Position numbers and translations under genes: made by a program. 64,000 nt of DNA from Haliotis rufescens. Taxonomy: Eukaryota. Location: positions 35,836,001-35,900,000 of the forward strand of contig NW_025963791.1 in NCBI RefSeq assembly GCF_023055435.1. Reading direction: 5' to 3'. Shown piece by piece: positions 27,201-39,073 of the stretch. The notes beneath the pieces are model-generated. The model had not been told where the DNA came from. It saw only the letters and a program-made list of their open reading frames with translations, and made no database searches. Numbering within the stretch: the stretch's first letter is position 1; each line of letters begins with the position of its first letter.

Positions 27201-28054
27201 GATGTGATGTCACAACAGACGGTCACATGACAGCGGCAATGGGTCCTTGCAAAAGTAGACCGAAACCGAAATATCATTTTTCCATTGACAACACTTTTCT
27301 TTCTCGTATGGTAAGCAGTAGATGCAATAAAAATTGTTTCTTCTTAATAGTTTGAATTACCTGTGCCTGTAAACCCAGTGCTGCCATTTGTGCATTGTAC
27401 TGTGGCTGCGAGATTCCACCACCAGGTGTGCCGAGGTTGTAGACAGGTGTTGCTGTCACCGAGCCTGCGTTCAGAAGTGCATTCTGGGCCTGAGCTAGAG
27501 ATGTTGGGGTAACGGTGGTTGGTCCTGTTGCTGATGACATGTACTCTGGGCCAACTGCAAATTCAGAACAAAACCATAAATTGGGCTGGCGCCTTCTCAC
27601 AAAGCAATCTAATCTAAGGGGTTTAAGGACACATTCAAGATAACATCACTTGTACAGCAACATACATGCACATGTCAAGCTGCTTGTAGTCTAGTGCAGA
27701 CTTATGTCGGTCTTATAGTCTCCAATTTAATGCAATATTTATTTACATTCATAAAAGAAAAAGCATCATACTGGCGGAAGTTGGTTGCGCATAAAGGTAA
27801 ACTATCAGTACAGATCACTTGGTAAAGGAGTACTAATTATTTTAAAAAGCGCCCTGTTTTCTCCTGGTAAAGTGTTGGCTAATTAGAATTAGCCTTGCTA
27901 AGCTTCAAGCTGGCAACGCAAGTTTGATCCTCTGCGGGATGCTAATTGAAATCCCCCAAAGTGCTCCTGGTTAGATGCAATACACCGAAACTACATTACC
28001 TGATGCTGGTCTGGCCCAAGGAGGGTTCTTTGCTCCTCCGAATTGAGATGCCAT
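239..28054 (-). CDS. CCAR1: Cell division cycle and apoptosis regulator protein 1 (spliced; 3' end lies beyond the left edge of the window)
   Basis: Phase-consistent exons: 28000-28054 (MASQFGGAKNPPW), 27361-27554, 14551-14777 (QRVFTGTVTKLHDNFGFVDDDVFFQ, S1-like), 13558-13672 (YNANMPFKWNATRIQ), 11074-11290, 10377-10647 (RE/RS-rich), 9391-9616 (LYIPSDFF), 7075-7346 (AIGGAWSPSLDG, DBC1 domain), 6500-6704, 5166-5252, 4119-4247 (SAP: LRHELECRTLSSKGLKSQLIARL), 2844-2915, 2057-2248, 940-1200 (VSLFAELFNEML), 239-277. Introns are GT-AG except one GC donor. Confidence 0.96.
950..1110 (-). repeat. Coding low-complexity repeat (KKDD/KKDE/KKEE)n inside a CCAR1 exon
   Basis: Degenerate 12-nt units translating to KKDDKKDEKKDEKKDD... 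Confidence 0.85.
3185..3420 (-). mobile_element. Deu/Nin-domain-like SINE fragment (related copies near 11560-11700 and 35650-35830)
   Basis: CAGGTACCCATTC.CTGCTGGGTGAACAGAGGC shared with 11635-11665; TCAACTCCCTGGGAAGTATACAACC block shared with 35770-35795; family name from recall. Confidence 0.55.
3750..3900 (-). mobile_element. tRNA-derived SINE family A, truncated copy
   Basis: Reverse complement of the 41324-41485 copy, with (ACTC)n tail. Confidence 0.8.
4745..4900 (-). mobile_element. tRNA-derived SINE family A
   Basis: Full head and tail; target-site duplication ATAGCTTCTGA on both sides. Confidence 0.85.
5524..5867. mobile_element. MITE with CAGGGATTTATC terminal inverted repeats, hAT-like (related pieces near 14947-15240 and 36030-36246)
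   Basis: CAGGGATTTATC...GATAAATCCCTG ends; internal TTCCAATTTGGGAAT block shared among the three loci. Confidence 0.65.
12537..12640. mobile_element. Probable DNA-transposon end (pogo/Tigger-like) with subterminal repeats
   Basis: TACCATATTTATTCGTGTATAATACGC followed by two further TCGTGTATAATACGC repeats. Confidence 0.45.
13829..14346. mobile_element. MITE, about 520 bp, long TIRs (same family as 32423-32933)
   Basis: CCCGAGGCAAGGGAGTTAAC...GTTAACTCCCTTGCCTTGGGAAGATG inverted ends. Confidence 0.85.
15400..16300 (-). pseudogene. Degenerate DIRS-like element relic (tyrosine-recombinase C-terminus)
   Basis: ORF 15749-16282 ends SRNTISLWLRAVI...NPHKIRVVASTMDLHSN and ORF 15531-15713 starts GLEDIEGV, matching TRNSIALWLRSVI...NPHEIRALAATFALHSN...DEDVEGV of the intact element; broken by stops and indels. 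Confidence 0.8.
17629..18789 (+). mobile_element. Gypsy/Ty3 LTR retrotransposon, 5' part: disrupted gag and aspartic protease
   Basis: Gag-like QGENESIDDFVT..L; zinc knuckles CGSCGGSH..KQKCPA and CSNCGGKNHW; protease KVDTGAQGNIL...GPAILG; several stops and frameshifts. Confidence 0.9.
18790..18967. repeat. DIRS 3' inverted terminal repeat with terminal extension
   Basis: About 18822-18967 is the reverse complement of about 24554-24699; 18790-18821 is a unique extension. Confidence 0.92.
19010..19100. repeat. DIRS internal complementary region (ICR)
   Basis: 19010-19060 is the reverse complement of 18790-18840 and 19061-19100 is the reverse complement of 24667-24706, i.e. a copy of the circle junction. 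Confidence 0.92.
19715..22756 (-). CDS. DIRS ORF3 tyrosine recombinase, with a long N-terminal region overlapping ORF2
   Basis: AARVSEI, LCPVRALKYY, PHEIRALAAT, VFANHYL (R..HxxR..Y catalytic set); first ATG only at 20710. Confidence 0.92.
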   Translation of the reverse strand: MEGFVCRQRQLRLARRRTRVTWPWKVAPAAARPAPLSFPSGSQTPDLLGELGTSVRRPVGGQHDSVRLSARSQSESAAHRCPVGRFLFGNRSSLPRRCHRQVGGEEGSSGVSSTRNNTGVLLQDISRSQEGQCRTQNDSQLEIVQRVLPAQTAQVQNVELDGPESTDHAGRLASFDRPEGCLSACSDSLGSSQVSQVCLSRQALRVGCPPIRSFIRSLAVHPVNHPHSGVPPPEGCPVLRVPGRLASSKSNDGHPVTPSRFRTSALGAIGVDCQSPQERVNPFSELAVHRRSVQHGVPSPLCPPRPVAQNSGDDCQSLSGATDCSLLGTAVRATCISPGLHRTGSSPTPPAATVFNPVVSNGGEQCDRRPPGSAPTASGVVDAPLQCLIRSLYAALPGHVEPVYRHLSSGLGRPSRGGGELGAVVRRRTRSSHQLSRVQGSDQRSQSLEASSRRRPAHAGDRQHDGSVLCEQTGGNPQSLATRSHVRVLRSGGQCPVPDTRPSHPRCAERTGRCSIEASGSEPHRVDAEPSSVSVAVRTFGSSDGRPVRNTVQQSTPVVCITSPGPEGHRSRCSRVRLDGLGRLCLPADSVDTTHSKPASRSSLSNVTDRAHVAEQIVVPRLADPGHAVATPTACETGSLDPPSHPSASSKRRAVQSACVDVVTERLRIKGFSRRASRAYVSMHRDSTQKVYNARLVIFTKWCCKHHIHSPDKVSVQDIARFMSHLRETRKLSGGSIANYVSSVATVRDVAMGTSLSKEPVIRGIIKGFKQHDLKKGRLRAPAWDLSLVLQSLTEAPYEPLHSASFRHVTWKTAFLLSFATAARVSEIHALDVAKVRFDRGDEGAVRLGLLMGFVAKNQRVGQTEREFTVRSLKEILHPADTEDRALCPVRALKYYLKASNERRQGRDRLFISCNPNRTVDITRNSIALWLRSVINLAYRSRGLPVAGSNPHEIRALAATFALHSNISVHRILRGCYWRSDSVFANHYLRKVSDEDVEGVHRLGPLIAAQAAI
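20755..22980 (-). CDS. DIRS ORF2 reverse transcriptase / RNase H / Dam-like methyltransferase
   Basis: GFYSRIFLVPKK, SIDLKDAYLHVPI, LPFGLSSAPWLF, YLDD, LYTDTSLVGWGA, HINCLE, TDNTT, NVLADALSR, DLFATRFN, YAYPP; true start unclear. Confidence 0.95.
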   Translation of the reverse strand: MWGPCIGAWVPLRSGARPRMLRPAGLRGRVLLPPGRSPALRAPVRVLSSPFAGRRGTGGSPSRLRTARAPPGDSHWRGSYADSANFGWPVGEPESLGPGKLRLPQPVRPPSLSPVGARLQTYWENWEQVFDDPWVVNTIRYGYRLDLKANPPLTVAPSAGFYSETDLPFLADAIGRLVEKRAVRELALPEITPGFYSRIFLVPKKDSAELRMIHNLKSFNEFYLRKPPKFRMLSLTDLKALIMPADWLASIDLKDAYLHVPIHSDHHKYLRFVFQGRHYEWVVLPFGLSSAPWLFTRLTTPIVGFLHRRGVRYFAYLDDSLVANRMTDTLSRHLVFARQLLEQLGWIVNLPKSELTPSQNLQFIGGRFNTVSHRLFVPPDRWHKIQAMIAKVLAVQQTVHFWEQLLGLLVSAQDCTERGRLQLRPLQRFLIQLLATEVNSATVALPDRLRPHLEWWTLPYNVLSGVSMRPYRATLNLYTDTSLVGWGAHLEGVVSSGLWCVDELGLHINCLEFKAVINAVNHWKHRLVDARLMLATDNTTVVSYVNKLGGTHSHSLLDLTFEFYALVDSVPCQIRARHIPGVRNVLADALSRPQDPSPTEWMLNPVVFQWLCERLGRPMVDLFATRFNNQLPLFVSPVPDPRAIDHDALALDWTGLDAYAYPPTALIPHILSRLRGVRCRMLLIAPMWPNRSWYPDLLTQVTQSPLPLPVRPDLLIHPHTRQLHPNAGQFNLHAWMLSPSV
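22763..24187 (-). CDS. DIRS ORF1 gag-like protein with N-terminal Cys/His zinc-binding motif
   Basis: Open frame 22763-24292; likely ATG near 24187 (MSDMDMS); CGVC...DAH..CPRC...C..C; basic C-terminus. Confidence 0.85.
   Translation of the reverse strand: MSDMDMSPVSTPSTPAPRSCGVCRKFLSSRDAHNRCPRCRVPCGDTRCTLCEGLGPAEFERYRLYVQSVSTPVVAGSSGRGPRAGTTSSAAADPLAALGLSGDSVAALLSKLVDSKLAALSQDRPLAVPSPASSVAAGSDAGSTGTAAAAVVTGPSPEPLLPLSVKDRVAMVYDLFEDMPKPLPIPRGIHGSVGSSEVYGETSDKAFPASTLLRGIKPSLEKAFTAASGRGLPLPPPSWRKGSFPVHDLAFPEAGPSAEAHVERLGVRAPPVATVPQGTLQQLDTLARHSMLAMSHGDTYLAAAASLVEGSPTDRDQRIYNCLLGLNASLEYVAGALAFVSGTCHFLRRQSYLVASGLDAANQEVLLSQPWSARTLFNNKIPGVLKEQQAAVSAEASRHTLDLVGSLHRRLGAAPKRSAPQDAASGRPKGSGPSSSGKKPRSEGSGKGSQQPFRGKKGNWGKPKSSKDGKGPSR
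24554..24706. repeat. DIRS 5' inverted terminal repeat
   Basis: Reverse complement of the left ITR; terminal bases match the ICR. Confidence 0.92.
24707..26913 (+). mobile_element. Gypsy/Ty3 retrotransposon, 3' part: RT, deleted RNase H, integrase (frameshifted)
   Basis: PTDWVSSLV, LRICLDPKDLN, RMPFGL, ISDD; LGIVNY joined almost directly to APPRLQRMLLRLQ; H.GHQG...CPTCQ; SDNG..F, PQSNGFIER; no paired LTRs seen. Confidence 0.92.
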
Positions 28055-30642
28055 TTCCTGAAATGAGAAATTAAAATGTGATGCTAACGCCATAAACATG
28101 ACAAAGGGTGTATGTATATTGTATAGTAATTAGTGTGACTTTATATTATCACGGTATCGTTAAATCTTGTAATCCACATCCCATGTTGACTATTAACTTA
28201 TGCAAATCTAAGCACAATATTTCATCGCTTGATCGTATACAGGAGTCGTAGTGATATGTCGCGGCTACTCGTAAGTATACACGTTAACTTTTTTATGATG
28301 GTTTCTGAGATGTTCTTGAAGTGGAATTACCCCTTCCTCCATTCGAAATTTATTAGAAAAGAACACATTTGTTTAGACGAAGTCCCTTGACCCAACCTAG
28401 GTTAAATGCATACTGATTGTGCCTAATCCAAAACAGGAAATGTAAACCACATAGCCTAATCCACATGTATCACACCACAAAAAAAGCCATAGAGTTGCCC
28501 GCCCTTGAGTCGCTAATGACAAGTACTTTGTTTACCAAACTCGGTTAAGAAAATCAGCATAGATCAATACTAATTTAGGTGTCATGAAAACTGAAACAAG
28601 AAACATTTTGTGTATGAAATATTGAATATGTTAGTAATCATGCGTCATTACGATCAATCATATCCAACTAGATCTACTACTAATATAGCGTAAACCTACT
28701 TTCATATGCAAAGATACTCTACCCTATGAAAACAAGAACCTGGAAGAAGAGAGACTGCAAAAGGTGGTTAGTAAATTCATTAGCCTATAGGGATAAACCT
28801 TGTTTTATATCTTATACCAACTATTGCTCGTCGTCATTCCTAGTTATCCCCCTTTGGTTGTTATTTGTTCATGATAAACGCAAGCTGCATTTCAACTGAC
28901 AACAAAGTGCAGAGCCCTGAACACATCTAACATCTGCCGCATTGGTTGGAGCACACAAATGCGCAGTAATGTACAAGTACAAATTACCCGCCAATCTTAC
29001 AGTTTTTATATTATGCTGTATCTTGCCTGGTGCGAAAAGGCAACATTCTCACATGGCTTCACAAGCTCTCCATTTCATCGACTTCTTCCAACATAGAACA
29101 TATATCAGGAGTAAAAGTGAGACATGCTTATAAAAATCCACGATCAGATTTTATTCACTTTAAATAAATTCATGATACATCATACGTACGAGGGTATATG
29201 CCTGGGAAACTTCAATAATATTGTGTGTTTTCCAGTTCACAATGGCGTTCTGAGAAGTCATACCCGTTGCATGAAAACTGATTACATATATAATGCAAAT
29301 TACGTTTTAAGAGCTACACAAACTGCAAGAGTTACACTTTATGTAATACCACAATATATATGAGCTTATAAATTGAAAAAGATTAAATGGCGTATCCATA
29401 AGAAGTTTATTAATTACGACATATAAAATTAACTTACCTTTAATAGCAATAGTAGTCAGGGAATAGTACTGTTTGTAAAGATGAAATTTACCGTACTTGG
29501 TATAAAAATGTTTAAATTTTTGTTTTTCGTTTCACCAATCGAATGACAGAAATGGAGCGAGAGAGAGAACAAACTATTCATTTAAGCAGAGACCATATTA
29601 TCATATGGTCTTTGATTTAAACATTCCCCTCCACAACCAAATAGTTCCTCCCTAAGGAAACAGAAAGACTATCGTTTTAATTGCTTGCTACTTTAGGAAA
29701 TGGAAAGGCGATCCATTTAATTACTTGGTTTATGGATATGCCGACCAAGCAACTCTAAAATGTGGAATAAATTATAGTTTTCAGAATGTTCTTGGACTTT
29801 AGACCGTTTTCACAGCTGCTATGAGTGTAAAATATCATCTGCTGTGTGAATAGGGGAATCAACACAATTTATGGTGCTGATCGGGTGCAGGTTAAAACGG
29901 CACCTCAGCAAAACATCACCGATTTCTCTGGTGAAAACGGCACCGCATTTGGCGAAAACGGCTACTACGTGTCGGGCGAAAACGCCACCTCATTTAATAA
30001 TGATACGAACGATTTATGTAGTATTATATCTTCTATAGTCTATCAATAGTTGGAGTAGAGGCTTATTTCTAATGTAACGTTGTTTTTCCATTTCACAATT
30101 ATTGGTGTTTGCAAGTTACCATGTAAGTTTATTTTCATTTATTTGACCAAGGTTAAAAAAAATAAGGTGCCGTTTTCCCCAGGCAATAGTAGCCGTTTTC
30201 GCTTGCTGATCACGTGATATTTTGTGAAATACATTTATTTGAATTGATAATAAATAATAGATAAATTTATATTTACAAATTATAATAATAACATTCCGAT
30301 ATGGCAATAACTGTTGACGGCTCAGACTGAGTATATTAGTAATACACCCTCATCTATTCGGTTTGGCTTGGCTTTGACTTATGTTGTGTTAATTATTTAG
30401 TGTTCATGAAATCTTAGCCTGCCATCCTATTATTTCACTAGTGTAACTTATTTGGACACCTTTCACGAAAATATTGCAGTGCATACTTTATTGAAAATAT
30501 AAACAGTAATGTTATTTATTTTTACGGTCAAGCATTGCATAAATTAGAAATGTGTTTTGCTAAATCACCAAATTATGAGATCTCATTTTAGTGGAACTAC
30601 GGTAAGAGTTGTCTCCCCCTTCGGGGCAGCGGCGCCACTCTA

Positions 30643-30679
30643 CTTCCTTTCAACCGGAATCCATAGCTGCATCTGCTAG
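30643..30679 (+). promoter_or_regulatory. RPL38: RPL38 probable TCT/5'TOP transcription start and non-coding exon 1
   Basis: CTACTTCCTTTC pyrimidine tract followed by CTAG|GTGTGT donor, typical of ribosomal-protein genes. Confidence 0.65.
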
Positions 30680-31120
30680 GTGTGTTGACATGCTGATAAA
30701 ATCCACCTTCATCTTTTGAACTAGAATGCGAAGTTATATATCACCAACGTTATTTGGATATAACATTGATGATGGCATTACTTAGCCGTACTATGTTTTT
30801 CCTATGACACGTTTATAACTGAATATTTACGTGCTGATGCGGGCGTGTAATGAAGATTGTTTTCGTAGGAATCATTTAATGTGATCAGATCTGTTTAGAG
30901 AAAATCCGTAAAGTATGACTACTGCAGCCCGTATATTTCAGCGTTTGTCTCCAGATACGTACTGCATTTCCATATATATGGCCATATTTAGAATAAGCAA
31001 CTAATATAGCAAGGCAGCAGGCCGAGCATGACACAAGGGTTCCCAAACTGTTTTTATTTGTGTTCGGCCAGTACGAATTCCTATGGACAGTGTTACTATT
31101 TATCTAACGCTTTCACTTGT

Positions 31121-31196
31121 TGTTTGTGCATGATGATAACTTGACACCTCTTATCTGAAATATAGTGAGAGATTGTTTTTTAACTGATGCAAACAT
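31121..31196 (+). ncRNA. Box C/D snoRNA copy 1 (predicted 28S rRNA 2'-O-methylation guide)
   Basis: C box ATGATGA 31130-31136, guide TGACACCTCTT, D' CTGA 31155-31158, D CTGA 31184-31187, terminal stem TGTTTG/CAAACA; intron of a ribosomal-protein gene. Confidence 0.85.
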
Positions 31197-32422
31197 CAAG
31201 ACATAATAGTCTATGGATCTGTTGACCATAGTGTCTATTGAATATCTTCCAGTATGATGCATTATCAGCCCGCTAAGTTCGTTTTTTTTGTTAAGGAGCC
31301 AAGCGACTCTTAACATAACGTTCTTAGGAGCAAACCCTTTTTTCCCAAGGAGCAAGACAGTGAATCTGAGATAGGACAAGTTTCCACTGGTTTCATTTGA
31401 TATGATACCTATGTTTGCAGGGGATTCATTGTGTGAGAATGGGAATTCAGTTGTAATAGACTGGTACATTAAACAATAATGTAAATATTTCATTCTTGCT
31501 TGACAATGGTATAAGGATCTATACCGAAACGTCTCTTTTCACAGTATTAAAGAAGTTGTTATCCATAAAATTGTCTGTCTATCTCAGTCAACTTCTAAGA
31601 TATGCCTATCAAACAATTTAAATATTTCCTTTTGATACAATATCAAGTTTAATTCATGAAAATGCAACATGGTTACAAGTACTGTAGCTCTTTATGAAAC
31701 CCCTGTAATTGTATTAACTGTAAATAAGTAAACATCATGATCATGATGATGTGAAACATTTTTTATGAATGATGTAGTTATTTGCCATGCAATCCCGACT
31801 TGATAAACAAGATTTGCAATTTATATCTTAAACAGATATTGTTGCGAGTTGTTTGCTTTAAGGTAGGCAAGTGGCAAGCAGTAGATAAAATTAAGTCACA
31901 TTTCGCCACCAAAATGTTGCTACTAAGAGGGCTGATTATACGCAACACCTGTGAAAAATGTTTGTGTGCTTCTAATAAAGTGGGGATAAAGCTCAAAGTA
32001 CACAGAAAAATTGCTCTGCTTGATCTCCCCCACCCCTGCATTTGTATGGTTTAATATAGTTAAACCTTGAAATTGAATATGAAGGCAATCCTAAACATCA
32101 AAATGTTACATTATGGTGTGCAGCAACCACCTCAGTTACATGCATTGGCACACATTTCGACAAACATTCAAATCGATTTACTTTGGCAACTAAAAAGACA
32201 ATAATTTACAAAAGTAATTACATGGTCTTGTGCATGTTGTGTTGTGCAGCAAACCCGCCTGTTATTTTTGGCGAAATGATTAAGATAAGCAGCTGAAAAA
32301 CTTAGAAACCGTTATTAAGGAAGGAGATTGTACCGAAAGGGCGGAAGGTATCTGGTATACTGCATGCTGACTCAGTTGTTGATTGATAGTTTCACCCCTA
32401 ACTGCTCTCAACTTCATAGATC

Positions 32423-32933
32423 CATCTTCCCGAGGCAAGAGAGTTAACTGACTATAAAAGTCAAGTTTCCATCCTTGCCGAACTAGGCTGGCATTATGGA
32501 GTTACATTTTGGCTGGACTAAAGAGTCTATGCATAGCCCAATCAAAATCTCGCAACGAAATCAAAATCCGGTTAGTAAACAGTCGTGCAGATTTTGATCG
32601 ATTGCAGGATTTGCAAAGCATGTGCACGACCAACTCGTCAACAGATATTTGATACGTGATTTGATGCACTTGGCGATGTAAGACCTGTTTTATCACAATA
32701 TAGATCTTGATTTTCGATCAGATCGTCTTGACTGGGCGCAGCTGTTTTGTTTGAAACAAATGAAAGTAATACGAGAGGTGGAATGTGATTGGTTGATAGG
32801 AGAGGCTTATAAGGGACATTACTCATAATAACCACTGGTGGCGCTACGATCGAGCCCAGGAATTCCAGCCTAGCTCGGCAAGGGTGGAAACTGGACTTCT
32901 AAAGTCAGTTAACTCCGTTGCCTCGGGAAGATG
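32423..32933. mobile_element. MITE with about 70 bp TIRs and 8-bp TSD (P- or hAT-like)
   Basis: CATCTTCCCGAGGCAA...TTGCCTCGGGAAGATG flanked by CATAGATC on both sides. Confidence 0.9.
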
Positions 32934-33016
32934 CATAGATCTAGCCCCAGTGTAAAACATCTGTCTCATGCACTTTATGTAAAAATCAAAGTGTTTTCAA
33001 ATTTCTTTGACTTGTT

Positions 33017-33097
33017 GATGTTTGTGCATGATGAAAATTTGACACCTCTTATCTGAAATATAGTGAGAGATTGTTTTTTTTAACTGATGCAAATGTC
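33017..33097 (+). ncRNA. Box C/D snoRNA copy 2
   Basis: C box 33028-33034, same guide and D' box, D box 33084-33087. Confidence 0.85.
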
Positions 33098-33969
33098 AGA
33101 TGATTAAAATCTAGACCTTTCAGGGTAGGAGAAGTGTTTGCTAAGACTATGTGGTTACAAAAGACATTTTGGGGCCTGTCTTTGATAAAAATACAAGGTA
33201 CAGTCACTCACCAGTATCTCATTACTGGTTGTAAGAAGTGACGTGCTTTGATCTGGTGGTTAGTGGACTCATGCTTTCTGCCACTGGTTTGCCTGGTGAA
33301 GACTTGATTATTTACAGGAACCCTGTCTCTGTGATACTGTGTGCATCTCAGCTCATTCCACAAAGTGACCTTGGCGCTACGGCCCAAGTCAAAGTATGGG
33401 AGTTATGATTACCTTAGTGCTAAGATAGCTTTGTTTGACAGGGCCCTTTAATATTGCTGACATTGAATAAGTCGCTGAACCTCGCATCCAGGGATAATTT
33501 AGCACTTTTATTTAAGTAACCATTGATTCCACTATTCCTGTTAGTTGTCACCTGTATGTAGAGTAAATCCAAGCTTTGCCACAAAAGCAGAAACTGTTTC
33601 CTTTATTGAAACGGTATTGAGATAACCTCGCATCAGGGAATTATATTATGAAATGGAGCATTCTAGTGGGGGCATGACACTTAACCATATTCTGGTAGCA
33701 ATTTATTGCAATGACATTTTCAATTTTGTAGTATTTCCATCACCATGTTAAATACTCATTTCTGAGATAAAGGTATTGTCCCAACAATGCTTTGGGATAC
33801 ATACACATTCCTGTTCCTAACTTCCTATTCAAGGACTAAAACACAGTGGAGGCTGCCATTATTTAGCTTTATCATGTTTATTTTAACTAATGACAATGCA
33901 AACCCCCCACGAAGTGTAATTATTCATTTGTATTTATTTTCTTGCAGAGGCAAGATTCAGCAAAGAAGG

Positions 33970-36791
<2,822 letters not shown>

Positions 36792-37022
36792 AAATGCTGT
36801 AAATAAAAACAAGAAAAATCTCAGTGTTTTCTCTGTTTTATCCATTTTTCCTGTAAAGACCCTTCTGAACTTATGGGTGTGTATTGGAATGTTCTGTCAC
36901 CAGCAGAACAAACCTTTACTTGAATTCACTAAAATCAGAAGTGGAGTCATTAGTATTAATCAGAGCTACAGATAAGTAGAGTATTTGCGTAAAATACCCC
37001 CAAAATATTCAACACTCAATGA

Positions 37023-37177
37023 CAGTAAACTACCTTTATAACGAACACACTTGTACCAAACTGAGGGATATTACGAACTGTTTTTGGGTCCCGTCCATTT
37101 GCTGCATTTAGGCTGAATATGTGCCTATAACAAACCAAGTTAGTCCCTTTTAGTTCGTTATAACCGTAGTTTACTGT
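37023..37177. mobile_element. Small Tc1/mariner-like MITE (related copy about 56647-56853)
   Basis: CAGTAAACTAC...GTAGTTTACTG inverted ends, internal TATAACGAAC repeats. Confidence 0.65.
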
Positions 37178-38311
37178 ACTTTCAATTGACAGCGTACAGA
37201 AACGCATGCATTAAATGAAAAACTCGTACAACATGCCTAAATACCCAATAAAGCCTTTTCAGCATCTGACAAAGGAGCCAATTTCGGAAACAATCAATCC
37301 TTTTTATTTAGACCGTTATGTAATCTAAAACATTTCTTTTTTTTTAGTAAATCAAGGAAATGTTCACTAATTTTTGGAAAAAAGACTGGTGATGAAAAGA
37401 TGAGTGAAAAAATATTGGTCACCCAATGAAAAATGTAATAACCCAATTAAAATAGAAACCTTCGAGTAAAAACTCCAGTTATCTGGAGCTCTGATTCACT
37501 GTTATGAAATGTGGATCAGGTATTACTAAAATCAGTGTGTTACTTGAATTGATACCTTAGAAACATGAGTCTTCCAAATACTATTGGGTGTCATGTTAAT
37601 CAAGTCAGGTTGATTCTGCTTCTACTAAGAGCTTCGTACAACTGGTCACTAGCAAGTGGCGACTGAAATGGATCGTGTTGTCATGTCCTCGGTTGAGTGG
37701 GACTTTGCTCTTAATACCAACCACTGGTTTGTCTCTTCCCAATTATTTACAGGCCATAGTGATGCAGTTGTATTATTGCTGACTTGGGCATTAAGCGACA
37801 CCGTCGCTGCAAGCCAGAATGTTCCAGCACACATCATGCCTGTTTTCAGAGCTGATTATCGTTAGGATCTAATGGACGCAGGGTGTGTGGGTGTCTTTGT
37901 ACCTGACAGCATGTGTGAGGTTCATGTTTTCGAACACTGTATCACAAGCTTATATACAGATGCCACTGATACACTTTTAATTTCCCGGACGTTTCCGTGA
38001 ACAGTACATTATGCTGCTGGTGGAGTGGTTCATGGGCTTGCGCACACCTAATACCCGGATTGGATATACCTTTATAGCAGAAAAGGGAAATAATCGTGTA
38101 TTACGAAGTTTGATTCGAAACAGCAACAAACGGATCCTGGCAGCCGACCATTTGATATTCTTAAGTTGGGGGTTGGGGGCTCATAGTTCTAATAAAAAAA
38201 TGTATCTTGTTTTTCAGCTATCGCTGAAAAGAAATATCTGGTCTCAGTACAAAAATGCAGGCCCCTTCCACCACCAGAAAATCAAATGGTCGATCCAAAA
38301 GGAAGACACGC

Positions 38312-38424
38312 CTGGGCCCACTTTCACAAAGCGATCCTTGCGCTAAGATGATCGTAACTCCCATACTTTAGCATAGGCTTACAATAGTCTTAGCGCTAAG
38401 ATCGCTTTGTGCAAGTGGGCCCTA
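38312..38424. mobile_element. About 110-bp palindromic mini-MITE (copies near 33355-33446, 40660-40744, 42648-42755, and split at 46780-47178)
   Basis: GGGCCCACTTTCACAAAGCGATC...GATCGCTTTGTGCAAGTGGGCCC hairpin. Confidence 0.8.
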
Positions 38425-39073
38425 GACCACTGGACATTGGTCTCGAAACCAAGCACAGCAAATTGCAGGGCCGGCTTACAAGAAAGGCTTCAGAAACGAT
38501 CAGTTAAATGTAAAATTGTTGCAGTATAAAGCACGATTCAGTCCCCACCCCAAGAGAATCCTTTTCCTGAAAACAAATCCAAAGAAAATTTCTTCATAAT
38601 GTGTAAAAACTTGCATTGTTAATTCATTCGTGATCAACTTAATTAATGCAACTCATTTAAAACGCATTCTGCACGAGAGTTCATTTAAGCTTTCTGTTGT
38701 GTTCAGAAAGTTGGCAAATCACATTATGTGGTGACTTGCCATTGTTTACCAATGCTTGAACGAGGGTGCATAAACAATCGTTGCTGTTCGTTGCACTTCG
38801 TACTCAATGACTCCGACACGCCCCCTCATGCGGGTAGGCAGGGTGGGTGACCTCATATTGGTCTTTATGGTTTCAAGGTCTGGAAGGAACAATTTAGGCA
38901 AATTACAAAATGTCATATTGACGATGAATTCCGAACACACCGTGACGTCATCTTCGATTAGGCATCTGCAAAGAGAGAAAACTTTTTTTCCTGGCTTGAC
39001 GGAAGATTGAGACCGAATGCATCGGTCACCACTCGCCACTTTTCGCAACCTGCAAGAAGATTGTCCTGGAATG

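Noticed and set aside
29870-30205. Repeated GAAAACGGC motifs with inverted copies between the two promoters
   Set aside because: Probably a decayed MITE; ends and TSD could not be defined
33478-33640. AACCTCGCATC(C)AGGGA repeated about 146 nt apart in RPL38 intron 1, a possible H/ACA RNA
   Set aside because: No convincing hairpins or H/ACA boxes; may be an old duplication
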